Source: Octopus vulgaris (lineage: Eukaryota). From it: a DNA stretch of 64,000 nucleotides. Below the pieces are notes generated by a model, which was given only the letters and a program-made list of their open reading frames with translations, did not search any database and was not told the DNA's origin. The position numbers were made by a program, and so were the translations under genes. The stretch is taken from the NCBI GenBank assembly GCA_951406725.2, contig OX597816.1, forward strand, positions 20,646,001 to 20,710,000. Reading direction: 5' to 3'. This document shows positions 37,960-52,332 of the stretch, piece after piece (position 1 is the first letter of the stretch; every line of letters starts with the position of its first letter).

Positions 37960-39154
37960 AATAATAATAATAGTAATAATAATAATAATGATAATAAAAG
38001 CAGGTCACACCTTACTCACGGACTATTAACTTTAACATGACATGCATGCATTCGATGCAATCACTTAACAAATATTAAAGTAGAGATGTTACTTCTGTCA
38101 TGACATGACGAAGAACGATGCTGATGATGATGATGTAAACATTTCGTTAATAACGAGGTCATGATTATGACTATGACACTGCTGCTGTTGCTGCTTGTGA
38201 AAATTAATATTCTTTCACTGTAACAAATTTGAGATTTTTTAATTCCCTAAAGTAAATGATGAGGAGGACATCACCATAGATTTTAATCCACTGGAAAAAA
38301 AAAAGAAAAGAGAAAAAAAATTGATGGTTAATTTAGTTGATATGTTGGTTGAGATGATAAATTAATGATAGCTGAGTGCACATCACTTACATTTAGTAGT
38401 TCAATATAACATACTATCAGACTGCCTAGATGGTTAATTGACCAAGAATAAAAATTTACATACCTTAAAGCTTCCTCAAGTAATATTTTAAGTGAATGTG
38501 TGGTGACCTAATGGCTTACATATGTCAGATGATACTTTTACTACCTTCCAGAAGGGACTGGAATCTTAATATCTTAAATGGAGAATGGTAATTTAATAGT
38601 TTATAGGAAAATGTTGACCTACCTTCTTACATTAAGAATAGCAATTAAATGTTGCTTGCGAAGAAAGATGTCGGTGAGAATTGCTGATTGCAGTCGGATG
38701 AATCTGCAAACTTGTTTCAAATCCCATCTGAAGCAGTTTCATATTGTTTATATTACAATGTCTTTGGGAGATGCTGAAATGTCACAGCTACCATTATTTT
38801 CTGCTCTCTAAGACAGTAGATTTAATAAACACACACTGATGGATTCTCTGATTATGAAAATAAACAAGTAACTTTATATTCCAGACAGACGTCAAATATG
38901 ATATTGATTAATTGATTGTGTGTGTCTAAAGGAATGGTTACTTGATGAAGTAGTGAGTGCTCTAATGTCTTTGGAGAAAAAGAGTCTGTTAACATTTGAA
39001 AATAACTTTTATGTGCTTAAATATTGTCTATACATAGTCTCTGGTTATAATTTATAATCAGTTTTTGTGAAATAGAACACAATTGATAAATACCAAACAC
39101 AGACTCAAAAGACATGCTGTGCAAAATATATAATGCCAAAATATACAAACCTGA

Positions 39155-39350
39155 AGCTTCAAAACTTCCATGCTTCCTGAGATTCGCCAACACTACACCT
39201 GATTTTCTCCCCTCCATACACACGCAAGCATATATCTGACTCATACACTGTTCACTTCCCAGACATTTGTACATTAAGGCACATGCTTTATAAGCACTTT
39301 TGACAAGTTGTGGGGCACCTGAGCACTGTATACAATAATTTCATTATAAT
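39155..39350 (+). mobile_element. CR1-type LINE extreme 3' end
   Basis: Match to the 3' UTR at 53660-53860. Confidence 0.85.
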
Positions 39351-39489
39351 TTTTTTTATTGCTTTTTTTTTAGACCTATTTAGAGAGGGTATCAGTGAGG
39401 AAGTCACACACAGTAATGAAAGGAATATGGCAAACCTTGCTGATCAATTGATTGATTAAATTAACAATTAGTCAAATAATAGTTTAATT

Positions 39490-39672
39490 AGGGGAGAGTT
39501 CACGAAAAAAAACAACAAAAGACAAAGACAGGTGGTGTATAAAACAAACTGGTGTATTAATATAATGCTCAGGAATTGAAAAAGTCTTTTATGTTTCAAG
39601 TCTATGCTCTTCTACAGAAAGGAACACAGAAAAAACATGGAGAGAAAAAAGGAGACAAAAAAGGAGATACAT

Positions 39673-39707
<35 letters not shown>

Positions 39708-39724
39708 TACATACATACATACAT

Positions 39725-39755
<31 letters not shown>

Positions 39756-39788
39756 TACATACATACATACATACATACATACATACAT

Positions 39789-39819
<31 letters not shown>

Positions 39820-39836
39820 TACATACATACATACAT

Positions 39837-39867
<31 letters not shown>

Positions 39868-40112
39868 TACATACATACATACATACATACATACATACAT
39901 ACATACATACATACATACATACATACATACATACATACATAGGGAGAGTTTACGAAAAAAACAAAAGACGAAGACAGGTGGTGTATAAAACAAACAGATG
40001 TATTAGTATAATGCTCAGGAATAGAAAAAGTCTTTTATGTTTCGAGCCTACGCTCTTCTACAGAAAGGAACACAGAAAAAAACAAGGAGAGAAGCAAGAA
40101 GAGAAAAAAAAT
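39490..40112 (-). mobile_element. Two direct Penelope-like repeats, each with an HHR-like motif, flanking (TACA)n
   Basis: 39490-39665 and 39940-40112; minus strand CTTT CTGTAGA A GAGC GTAG GCTC GAAAC ATA AAAG at 40032-40067. Confidence 0.7.
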
Positions 40113-40337
40113 GTGTGTAGATTAATTAATTGGTTAAATGGTTAATCAATTGACAAATAAAAATAAAGAAGTGGAAAAGAACCAGTGTGTGTGCTTATTA
40201 TTGGCATAATGATCCCACCCCTATGCACCAAAATGCAACTGAATATGTTACAGTGCACGAGTTCATATTAAGAATCATGCAACCCAGATACAAAAAAAAA
40301 ATGAATAGTGTGTGTGTGTGTGTGCATGTGCATGTGC

Positions 40338-40375
<38 letters not shown>

Positions 40376-40756
40376 TTATGATTACCACAATAAACCTCTT
40401 GAGATACAACGAAGCATGGTTCAACACTTGAGTTCACATCAAGGATTTTGCAAGCGAAGGAGAAAGATGAAATATTATAAATTAATTTCTTGCAAAACAT
40501 GCAAATCTTGCATATATTTAATTAATCACTACTCTTCTGATTATTCATCTAACTTAATTAGCTAATTAGCTAGGTTATATAATCACATAATCTACGTAAA
40601 CATTCATTCAGTATTCATGCACACATATGAAGCCATGTAAACATGTACGGGGCGTGCCCCAGCATGGCCACAGCCTCAGGGTTGAAACTTACGAAAAAAT
40701 AAAAGAATAATGATTGCGTCTATCAGGAGAGAAAAAACTTCTGTAAAACTGAATTG

Positions 40757-40919
40757 TAGGTGTAGGAGTGGCTGTGTGGTAAGTAGCTTGCTTACCAACC
40801 ACATGGTTCCTGGTCCAGTCCCACTGTGTGGCAACTTGGGCAAGTATCTTCTACTATAGCCTTGAGCCAGCCAAAGTCTTGTGAGTGGATTTGGTAGACA
40901 GAAACTGAAAGAAGCACAT

Positions 40920-40972
<53 letters not shown>

Positions 40973-41200
40973 GTTTGTGTGTGTATGTATGTGTGTCTGT
41001 GTTTGTCCCCCCAACATTGCTTGACAACCGATGCTGGTGTGTTTACATCCCCGTAACTTAGCGGTTCGGCAAAAGAGACCGATAGAATAAGTACTAGGCT
41101 TACAAAGAATATGTCATGGGGTCGATTTGCTCGACTAAAAGGTGGTGCTCCAGCATGGCCACAGTCAAAATGACTGCAACAAGTAAAAGAGTAAAAGAGA
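40757..41200 (+). mobile_element. SINE family A, full length
   Basis: Head, centre and tail. Confidence 0.9.
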
Positions 41201-42214
41201 GAGTGTAATTCAGTTTATACTCCTAACAATTACTATTTCATTTTTACCGCATTTGCCCTTGGAAAACATGTCCATTACGAAATCAGATTGATTTGGGGGG
41301 TTTTTTTTCCTGAAATTTTATAGGGTAGCTAATTGCATTTTCTTAAGGATACCACTGATCAAGTTATATATATTTTGTTTGCTGAGAAAGTCTATGGCAT
41401 AAATATTGATCCATTACATTATGTATGAACACATGTATAATTAAATGCTGCCACATAAATATGTATATAGGTGTATTTATCAACTTATTTGTATATTTAT
41501 GTAAGCATATAGTATCAGTGATAAGATCATGTTAACGAGTCTTGGGAACATGTTACATATCTTGAGAAATTTTCCTGTTATCGCTACAGAACATAAGGAT
41601 ATTGTAGGCATGACTAGCTTAAGCTTTATAGCCATAAGAGTTTTCACTTTTTGTGATAGGGAATCTGTGTGTGAAGAACAGGAACATTTAGAAGCTAAAG
41701 CTATCATTAACAAAATGTTTCTTTATAACAGATAGAGAAATATAAATAAAGAGGAACTTAAACAAAAAAAAAAAAAAAAAAAAATTGACTAACATTATGT
41801 TAATATTTTTTCATTCCTTTAAACATAGTTACACTTATTTATATTTTCCTTCTTTTCACTTTTTGCTTCTCTATTTTCCTTTGCTTTTTTTTCCTTTCTT
41901 TATTTCCATCTCTCTTCTCTTCTTTATACTTTCGCTGTTAAATAATGAGAAATATGGGAATATGGTTGTTTATCATTGTTAAAGATAATACATTTACTAA
42001 AACAAGTTCTTTTTCTACGTTTTTATTTTCTCTTTCCATTCCTGCCAACCTCTTTCCATTCTTCCTTTCAAACAGCTTTATAACTTGCATGCAGATCATG
42101 CCAAACTTATAAATATTCCCTTATTCCCCACTTCTGCTTCTTGAATTTAGGACTGAAATAATAAACCTGTATACACACCCACCCACACATGTGTGTGTAT
42201 GAATATACATATAT

Positions 42215-42247
<33 letters not shown>

Positions 42248-42310
42248 GATGGATAGATATATATAAAGATATATATATATATATAGATGGATATATAGAT
42301 GGATAGATAG

Positions 42311-42352
<42 letters not shown>

Positions 42353-42400
42353 CTGTATATATATAGATATACAGATATATATATATATATATATATATAT

Positions 42401-42519
42401 ATCAAACTGAATAACAACCATCATATTAAGATATCGAAAAATAAAATAAAATAAATATTTTGTTTATATATATATATATATAGATATATATATATATATA
42501 TATATACATACATATATAT

Positions 42520-42569
<50 letters not shown>

Positions 42570-42675
42570 TATATATACATATATATTTATCCTACATTAG
42601 TTATATATATAAACAAAATATTTATTTTATTTTATTTTTCGATATCTTAATATGGTGGTTGTTATTCGGTTTGAT
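42401..42675. repeat. ~70-bp inverted repeat around a (TA)n tract
   Basis: 42401-42470 is the reverse complement of 42602-42675 with few mismatches. Confidence 0.85.
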
Positions 42676-43548
42676 TTTAAACTTATTCCCTAGCATGTTT
42701 TACTTGGTAAACACATACCACACTCACCTTTCATCTGTTTGGCTCCAAGTAAGCAGCTTCGTCGTCATAATCAAAGCGCTGGAACTCGTGTGACCTCCCG
42801 GTTGCTAGGAGAAACATCCTATTTTTAATGTATTTATTTATTTGTCTATCTCTATCTAGTCATTTATCTAGTTATCAACAGGAATCTTGAAGAATTTTGC
42901 CGATTTCTTATCAGAGAACCTTTAGATGTTGTATCCAAATTTATTGACTGGCATGAAAATCAAATAAGTAACTATAAACACTTACTTATAATCTTCAAAT
43001 ATCTCAACAGAGAAAATTCTTCCATTTTTCTTCTTCTTTTTATTGTTCTTTTATATCATTCATTTTATTTATTTCATTTTCATTCAAGCATTTTCCCTTT
43101 CTTGCGTTCCGTTCATCTCTTCCCTTTTGGAGCCACGTAGAGTTTCATGATACGGGGGGTTATGATCATAAAATTGATACAGTCAGCTGTTTTTCTGGAA
43201 GAACCAAAGGCTCGTACATTGATTACTCACAAGATCAATACAATATGTGATGATCGGAAGAAAAGAAACTTTATATCCTGTTGTAAAGTTTGACTGGCTG
43301 TTATCTTCTAGTTTGGGTCAGTAAACACACGATAAAAATCTGTTTCTTTACGCTAAGTAAAATTCCACATTTTATGTTCAGCCGTTTTTAGAAATTACTG
43401 ACTAGGGGATCAAATAAATTCTTAATGCAGCCATGATGAATGATGCTTTTCATTTCATTCTCCTATGAAAGAGTTGCAATTCCTTGCAACATGACAGATA
43501 AATGAACGACTAGGTAGTTAGCATTTCGGTAACCATGGTGAGGAGAAG

Positions 43549-43579
<31 letters not shown>

Positions 43580-43584
43580 GTCAC

Positions 43585-43615
<31 letters not shown>

Positions 43616-43904
43616 GTCGTCATCATCATCATTTAATTTCCTCTTTTCCATGCTGTCATGGGTTGGACAATATGAATAAGTTGGTAATAATGAACTATGT
43701 GTAGATTATGACTGATATATATATATATGTTTTATATCGTAATACTACACACTGGCTGTGTGAGCTATGAAATCCTCGTCACCACTGTTATATCGCACGT
43801 TCTTATGACCTCTAGTCTACTCTGACATCTAGACTTCTCCCTCTATATCTACGTATTGGGCTAGCCAACTTCATCATCTAGAGGCATCCACACAACAGTA
43901 TGAC

Positions 43905-45345
43905 AAGGTGGTCAGCTGGCAGAAACGTTAGCACACAAGGCAACATGCTTAGTGGTATTTCATCTGCCGTTACGTTCTGAGTTCAAATTCTGTTGAGGTC
44001 GATTTTGCCTTTCATCCTTTCAGGGTCAATAAATTAGGTACCAGCTGTGTACTGGGGTTAATCTAATCGACTGGCCACCTCCCCATAAATTTCAGGCCTT
44101 GTGCCTCAAGTAGTAAAGAATATGTAACTAACACAAAGATGGCGAGCTGGCAGAAACATTAGCATGCCAGGTGAAATACTTAGTGATATTTCGTCTGCCA
44201 CTATGTTCTGAGTTCAAATTCCACTGAGATCGACTTTGCCTTTCATCCTTCCAGGGTCGATAAAAAAGACTAAAAGAATAAAAGAATAAACCAATACCAT
44301 CTGGCAAGACAAATGCAAAAACATGATTAAACACACACACACATATATATATATCATCATCTTCATCATCATCATCATCGTCACCATCATCATCGTTTAA
44401 CGTCTGTTTTCCATGCTGGCATGGGTTGGACGGTTCGACCAGGGTCTGGGAAGCCAGGAGGCTGCACCAGGCTCCAGTCTGATCTGGCAGTGTTTCTACA
44501 GCTGGATGCCCTTCCTAACGCCAACCACCCCAAGAGTGTAGTGGGTGCTTTTTACATCCCACCGGCACAAGGGGCCAGTGGAGCTGGCATCAACCACGAT
44601 CGGATGGTGCTTTTTATGTGCCACCAGCACGGGCACCATTCAAAGTGGCACTGGCATAGACCACATTCGGATGGTGCTTTTTACATGCTACCTGCATGGG
44701 GCTCACAACTACAATTTCCATTTGATTTGATTTTGATATTGCTGATGTTGATGTACTTGACTCGGCATTGGCCACATTCAGATGGGGCTGTTTACATGCC
44801 ACTGGCACGGAAGCCTGTCAAGGTGGCACAGACATCAGCCACGTCCGGATGGTGCTTTCTACATGCTACAGGCACTGGGATATCATCATCTTCATCATCA
44901 TCATCATTTAACGTCCGTTTTCCATGCTAGGATGTGTTGGACGGTTCGACCAGGGTCTGAGAAGCCAGGAGGCTGCACCAGGCTCCTGTCAAAAAATCAA
45001 ATGGAAATTGTAGTTATGATACCTGTGCCGGTGTCACGTAAAAAGCACCATCCGAATGTGGCTGATGCCAGCGCCACCTTAACTAGCGCCCATGCTGATG
45101 GCACGTAAAATGCACAGATCGATCATGGCCACTGCCAGCCTTCCCTGGCACCTGTACCAGTGGCACATAAAAAGTACCCACTACACTCACGGAGTGGTTA
45201 GCGTTAGGATGGGCATCCAGCTGTAGAAACACTACCAGATCAGACTGGAGCTTGTTGCAGCCTCCTGGCTTCCCAGACCCCATTCGAACCGTCCAACCCA
45301 TGCTAGCATGGAAAACAGACATTAAATGATGATGATGATGATGAT
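43905..45345. mobile_element. Cluster: two SINE D (43905-44265 +) and three family B pieces (44355-44880 -, 44882-44987 -, 44990-45345 +)
   Basis: Match to other copies. Confidence 0.8.
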
Positions 45346-45462
45346 ATATATATATATACCGGAGTAAACACATAAATGTGAAACAAGGTGGAAAAAAGAG
45401 TACTCAAATACCAGTGGTAGAGTAATATGCTTTATTTAAAGCAGCAGAAAATTCAACAAAAC

Positions 45463-45500
45463 CTGTTACTCTGAGTTTCCCGTTGCCGTTAATCGGACAG
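45463..45500 (-). ncRNA. Degenerate hammerhead-like motif in a Penelope-like fragment (45358-45501)
   Basis: CTGT CCGATTA ACGGCAACGG GAAAC TCAGA GTA ACAG: stems I and III and GUA present, core altered. Confidence 0.5.
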
Positions 45501-46149
45501 CTTTATATATATATATATATACGATGGGCTTCTTAAGTTTTTATCTACCAAATCCACTCACAAGGCTTTGGTTGGCCCGAGGCTATAGTAAAAGACACTT
45601 GCCCTAGGAGCCAAACAGTGGGACCGAACCCGGAACCATGTGGTTGGGAAGCAAGCCTCTTACCACACAGTCACTCCTATGCCTATATACTAAGAACATT
45701 TTATATATTCCTTCTTAAATGTTCCTGTCAAAAGAAAGTAGTCTTGTATTTACTCTGTCAATCGCTGCAAAACTTCCAGCCACTTTTTTAAACCATCATC
45801 AATTTTCACATATTTATACAACAGACTTCATGTGCCAACTCTAAAGAATCGTATTTCGATTTTCAATTCTCAAGACTTAAGAGACAGTCATGAGAAATAG
45901 TAATTAATTTTCAATTTCAATTAGGTTTTATCACTCTTTTCTTTTGCTGTTTTTGTCTTCTTTTTTTTTCATTAATTTCTCTGTCATCAATCTATATTTG
46001 CAATAAAGGTGAATAGTCTTGGAGAATAATGTATGCATGTAGGATAATACTAATAAACGCACTAAATGTTGTTTTTAAGATGCTGGAATCGGTAAGCTTG
46101 TGCCACTTTTATATGTTTAGGAATATGGAAAGCATATGTTAAATGATAG

Positions 46150-46298
46150 TGATGGTGGAGGTGATGGTGTTGACAATGATGACGACTATGATGATGATGA
46201 AGTGGATGACGACGACAATGACGATGATGATGATGATGATGACAACAATGATGATAATCCTGGATGATGTTGATGATGATGATGATGATGATGATGAC

Positions 46299-46336
<38 letters not shown>

Positions 46337-46518
46337 CAATGATGACGATGATGATGATGATTATGATGATGATGATGATGATGAGGAGGAGGAGGAGGAG
46401 GAGGAGGAGGAGGACAACAGTGATGATAATCCTGGAAGATGATGATGATGATGATGACGATGATGATAATGATGATGATGATGATGATGACGATGATGAT
46501 GACGATGATGATGTTGAC

Positions 46519-46551
<33 letters not shown>

Positions 46552-46552
46552 G
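46150..46552. repeat. (GAT)n/(GAG)n compound microsatellite
   Basis: Direct reading; GACAACA.TGATGATAATCCTGGA occurs twice. Confidence 0.95.
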
Positions 46553-47142
46553 CTCTTCCTATGAATGAGAATTTTGGTGAAAGAATACAATGGCAGTTTT
46601 CTACTGCATTTTTTCTTTTTGGTGATGACATATTTTTCATAAGACATCACCTTGTCAGCTTGAAATAAAACAAGTTTGTCACACCTACTTTGGTAAATAC
46701 AATTCAAAGAGGTGAGAAATACCACAAAACATTCGGCATACATGTCGAAAATTCTTTTTATTTATTACCTCAGACTCGTCCTATGAATAAAAGCACGCAG
46801 TGCACACTGTAAAGTGGTTGGTGCTAGGAAGATTAACCAGCCATAGAAACTATGCCAAAAGTGACATGGTTTTGATATCTATGGAGTTGATTTCCTCTAC
46901 AGACCAATGAAGTGCTCCAAATTTTGGGATCAGCACTGGCACTGCAAATGCATTGTGGGATATTGTTTTTTGTAAGAGGAAAGTTCTGACTGCCTTATTT
47001 TCCTAAGTCCGGTTGGAAGTAAACTTCTGATTGATACTGACTCGTTCAAAAATTCACATGTATGTATGTCGGTAGGTGTGTGTGGGTGGGGGTGAGTAAG
47101 CGTGTGTGTGGTGCATGTGTATGCTTATGTAGAAATATCTGT

Positions 47143-47785
47143 GTGCTTGAGATATGCTGTGCTTGAGAAGACTCGGAAAGCTCAAGTGAGACCATAACCT
47201 TGTGGCCTATGCCAGGGGTGTAACCAGCCCACTTATGCATACCTTTCCTTCATTGGACACTAAACTCTGCTTGCGAAGGCCTGTTGAGGTTAGTAAAATT
47301 GAAATTGAAATCAAAATCGAAATCAAATTCGATGACTGGCATCCATACTAGTGCAGTGCTAAGAGAACCATAGGAGCATGATCATTGCAACAAGATGGCC
47401 TCCATGCTGATGGCACATAAAAAGCTTCATTTGAGTGTGATCGTTACCTGCATCGTCTTACTAGCACTTGTGCTGGTGGCATGGGAAAAAACATTCGAGC
47501 AAGGTCATTGCCAGTGCCGTTGAACTGGCTCCTGTGCAGGTGGCACATAAAAAGCAGCATTTGAGCATGGCCGTTGCCAGTACCACCTGACTGGCCCTCA
47601 TGCCGGTGGCATGTAAAAGCACCCACTACACTCTCGGATTGGTTGGCATTAGGAAGGGCATCCAGCTGTAGAAGCTCTGCCAGATCAAGATTGGAGTCTG
47701 GTGCAACCATTTGGTTCGCCAGTCCTCAGTGAAATTGTCCAACCCATGATAGCATGGAAAGTGGACGTTAAACGATGATGATGAT
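47143..47785 (+). mobile_element. Longest family B copy, flanked by a ~77-bp direct duplication
   Basis: 47066-47142 repeated at 47788-47865. Confidence 0.8.
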
Positions 47786-48558
47786 GCATGTCAGTAGGTG
47801 TGTATGTGCGTGTGTGTGTGTATGTGTGTATGTGTGCATGTGTGTGTTTATGTAGAAATATCTGTTTCAACAAAGCTATTGTCTGATCCTGTAGATGTTG
47901 AAAAGTGGTTGCTAGAAGGATAAAAAATTATGAAAGCATTGCTGATAATATGATGAAGATGATGATGCTGCAATTGAATTCAATTTTGTTAAATAAATCC
48001 AATACCTCAAAACTATGGAGCAACAGTGATACATTGAGAAATTTTTCATCAACTTCTTAAAGACACTTTAAGATATAAATTAAGTGCCTGCTGCTGTTGA
48101 TTTGAACTTGGTTCCCTGATTATGATTATGATTATGGACTTTTGGCATTTGTACAAAACAATGCACATTTCATAATACAGGTCATGTTGCCGTGCCATGG
48201 AAGAGTATTATTTACTCCCAACAAACACCAAGAAACAACAAACAGCCAAGTAAATGAATTAACAAACCAGCAAGGCAGGCAGTAAGATCACCAAAGAAAT
48301 AATTATGTGGCCAGCTAACGTTATAACAGAATTATCATTCAGCTAATGACACATGTTAAAGACACTAATCAGGTAATTAAGGGATAAATATCGTTGTTTC
48401 GTGCAGTGCTTAATGGGAAGAGCATTGAACTACTGTAGTGGCTAAATAAATATTCTTCATTTACTTAAAAGTCACAAAAACAGCTGTATTAACAAATCGC
48501 CAGGCTTTTGAATATAAAACTGTACCAAAAATAAACAATGGCCACACAGCCCTACATT

Positions 48559-48968
48559 GGCGTAGGAGTGGCTGTGTGGTAAGTAGCTTGCTTACCAACA
48601 ACATGGTTCTGGGTTCAGTCCCACTGCATGGCACCTTGGGCAAGTGTCTTCTACTAGAGCCTCAGGGTGACCAATGCCTTGTGAGTGGATTTGGTAGACA
48701 TAAACTGAAAGATGCTCGTCGTATATATATATGTATATATATTTGTGTGTGTGTGTGTGTGTGTCTGTGTTTGTCCCCCCAACATCACTTGACAACCGAT
48801 GCTGGTGTGTTTACGTCCCCGTAACTTAGCGGTTTGGCAAAAGAGACCGATAGAATAAGTACTAGGCTTACAAAGAATAAGTCCTTGGGTCTATTTGCTC
48901 GACTAAAGGCGGTGCTCCAACATGGCCACAGTCAAATGACTGAAACAAGTAAAAGAGTAAAAGAAAAA
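48559..48968 (+). mobile_element. SINE family A, full length
   Basis: Head, centre and tail. Confidence 0.9.
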
Positions 48969-49099
48969 GTGTAATAGACTTTATCTATGTTTTATTGATG
49001 TGTTAAACTGTAAATTATACATTTTATCTGCACTCAGAATGTTTGGCTATCTATATTTAATACATTAAATACTCTCTTGAATTCAGCTTTTGATCCTAT

Positions 49100-49620
49100 C
49101 AGCATCTATGATCGTGAGTGTTAGGTAATAACCGACAGAGTACAAGCAGACAAATTGGGATACAAATACAAGTGGTTGAAATAGGGCTTCCCCAAAGGAT
49201 CTCTGGAGTAATATGCTCTTCTATTATTAAAGCCACAAGAACATCAGTAAAAGCTGCTACTCAGAGTCTTGATCACAAATGCATGACTAACAGGAACATG
49301 AAACTCTGAGTAACAGTTTTTCATGATGTTCATGCAGCTTTAATAATAAAAGGGTGTGCAGATCAGAGATCTTGGTGTCTGTCCGGGTGGAGCCACAACC
49401 TCTCGGCATTGAGAGGTCACAGATCCAGTATTATGGACATGTGATTAGAATGTCACAGGAAAGAATAGGTGGGAGACCTAGGGGTAGACAAAGAATGATG
49501 TGGTTGGATGATATCCATCGTCCGCAGTTGGTCATGGTCAGGAATCCTGCCAGAAAGTGTAATGATGAGTGCTTCTGATAAGACCCTATGGTGGAGGTAC
49601 CATGATCCTCCCAAGAATAT
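49100..49620 (+). pseudogene. Degenerate RTE-clade LINE 3' coding relic
   Basis: IERSQIQYYGHVIRMSQER..GRPRGRQRMMWLDDI motif. Confidence 0.75.
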
Positions 49621-50113
49621 TGGATGGATGGACAGACGGACAGATGGATGGATGGATAGACATATGTATATATAATAATTTATTTTCATATATACACATG
49701 TGTGTGTATGTATGTGTGTGTTTGTGTGTGTGCGTGTGTGTGTGTGTGTGTGTGTTTGTCTCCATCATTATTTAGTTTCTACATCTTGTATCTTAGCAGT
49801 TTGTCAAAAGAAACTAACAGAATAAGTAAAGTCAGTAAAGTTACCTTCTCGAGTCATGCTGACTAATAAGGGCCAGTTTGCCAATTCCCATGACATATAA
49901 ATTCCTGGATGGGACACAGATCCATCGCAGGATTACTCATTTTCGCCAGCTGAGTGGACTGGAGCAACATGAAATGAAGTGTTTTACTCAAGAATACAAT
50001 GCATCGCCTGATCCAGGATTTGAAACCACAATCTTATGGTTATGAGGCCAACACTCTAACCACTAAGCCATGCATTGCCATGAATAAAATAAGTGTTAGG
50101 CTTATAAAAAAAA

Positions 50114-50505
50114 TTAGCAGTATCGCCCGGCATTGCTTGGGGTTGTTTCAACCCTTTAAAATTGGAATTTTTGAAAAGTAAAAATTTTGCATTATGTAGG
50201 TTGTTATTCTCTTTAAGTGAACATTTTTCTCGTTGAAATACACCGAAAAACGGCAACACAGCAGTCAAAGAATCGTAAAAAATAGGGATTTTCACAGAAA
50301 AAAAGCACCTTTTTGATGTAAATAATTTTTGGTGTTAACATGGTCTGGTTTGAATTTTTTCTTCTAAGGAAGGAAGAGAAATCCTCCTTCTATCATACTC
50401 TCAATTTTGGTTAACTTGCACTGCAGGGTCTCGGAGGAGATAGTGTTAATTGAAGGCTACCAAACCTGCCATACACAGACAACTTCAGCTTTATATATAT
50501 AGAGA
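50114..50505 (-). mobile_element. Non-autonomous Helitron, subfamily 1
   Basis: Reverse-complement match to 2320-2710. Confidence 0.8.
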
Positions 50506-51177
50506 TTAAGGAATAGGGTTGATTTGCTCAACCAAAACCATTCAATGTGATGCTCCAGCAAGGCCTCAGTCAAATGACTGAAGCAATAAAATGATAAATG
50601 ATGATATCAAATGCTTTAATTAACAACTGATCATTCATAAATATTTGTTATTAACCATATGAAGAATCCTGAAAAGAAGAAAATCTATACAAGACATTAC
50701 AAGCCACATGATACAAATTCATTTTAAACAAATTCTCTTTGGTCACAAAGATTGTAAATTATCCAATTTTTTTGTTTTTTTTTCTCCAAAAGCCATTTAC
50801 AGTGATTTCATATCAAATTTAACAAATATGGTTTGACTAATATGGTAATAAGATTCTGCTAGAGAAGAAATAAATGTCATCTTGAAATGAAGTGTGTTCG
50901 TGTTTAAGGAAACTTTCTGCAAAATATAAGAATGAATTAAATAAAAGATGGTATGGTGAAATCCAAGTTGTGATTTATTTGATGAAGTTAGCATCAGCAT
51001 AAAACATTTTTCAAGTAGTTGGGATAATTTACTCGTTTCAATAGAAAATTTTAATTTTTAGTTTCTTCTAATACATTAAGTATGTAAAAGTGCATTTATA
51101 TTATGTGGCAATGACAGACAAAGGCTGAAGGTCTCATTGCAAATCACTGGATGTATTATTCATTCATTTAGTATTAA

Positions 51178-51216
<39 letters not shown>

Positions 51217-51989
51217 CATTATTATTATTATTATTCATTGTTGTTGTTATTCTGAAAGACTTTCAGATACTTCTTAATTGCCAATTATTCTTTACTTGAA
51301 AGCAGGCAATAACAAATCACCAAAGGTTTCAAATGGTGCCTTCTCCTGGTGATTCAAAGAGACAATACTCTCCTTAGAATGTGAGCCGTAAAATAATATT
51401 TAATTAGTTTAAATGTATACAAATGCATAAAAATAATTTCTAATTCCATTAGACATTCGAAAATACTATTAAATTTCATTCAAATTTCAAAAAGGTACAA
51501 TCGGACAGAACTTATGGGATGACTTGATACATCAGCTCATGTATGCACACGGACACACTCACACACACATATGACTTCTGGCTCAATCCTAGTGTGTGAC
51601 ACTTTAGGCAAATTTTTCTACTGTAGCTCTGGGCCAACCAAGCTCCTGTGAGTAGCTCTAGTTGATAGAAACTGAAACTTTGTGTGTGCTTATTTATGTT
51701 TCATTGTCTTGACAAGGAGGTACAATTCTGCACACACACACATATGAAAAAAGGGGTTAAGACTCCCCTTCCCCCCAATTCAGTCATGATTGACCATGGG
51801 ATTGCATTTAGAAAGTTCACCCCCAAGGTACATGTCTGGGTAAGGGTGTTTACTGGAGACCAACAGTTGCCCATGCATACCAGCCTCCTCTCTTCACATC
51901 ACCAAAGTTACCCTCTCTTTCAAGTATCCCCACAAGAAATAATCCAGGTTAGTCAAGTCTAGGGAGTATGAAGGCCATTCAAAGTAGAC

Positions 51990-52332
51990 CTCACATATGG
52001 TTCTAGCAAGATAGGGCAACTGCTCATACCACAAGAGAAACAATGCAGTTACTATGGCAGTGCTTTGGAGAGAGAATAATCTCCTGCTACAGTAATGTCA
52101 ACTGGCCTTCACATTCCCCAGACTTGATGGGCCTAGAGATTTTCTTGTGGGGATACCAGAAAGAGAGGGGTTACGTCAACTAACTGGAGACCCTGGGGCA
52201 ACCAAAGGAGAACATCAATAGAGAATTCAGAGAAGTGGGGTCTGAAACTCTTGAAGATGTTATGGTGCAAGTTTTGGAAAGACCACAGGCGTGTGAAGCT
52301 GAAAATGGCTGCCATTTAAGCAATGTCATTTT
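51990..52332 (+). pseudogene. Tc1/mariner transposase catalytic and C-terminal relic
   Basis: WF*QDRATAHT..NWPSHSPDL..FLWGY.KER..ENGCHLSNVIL with frameshifts. Confidence 0.85.
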
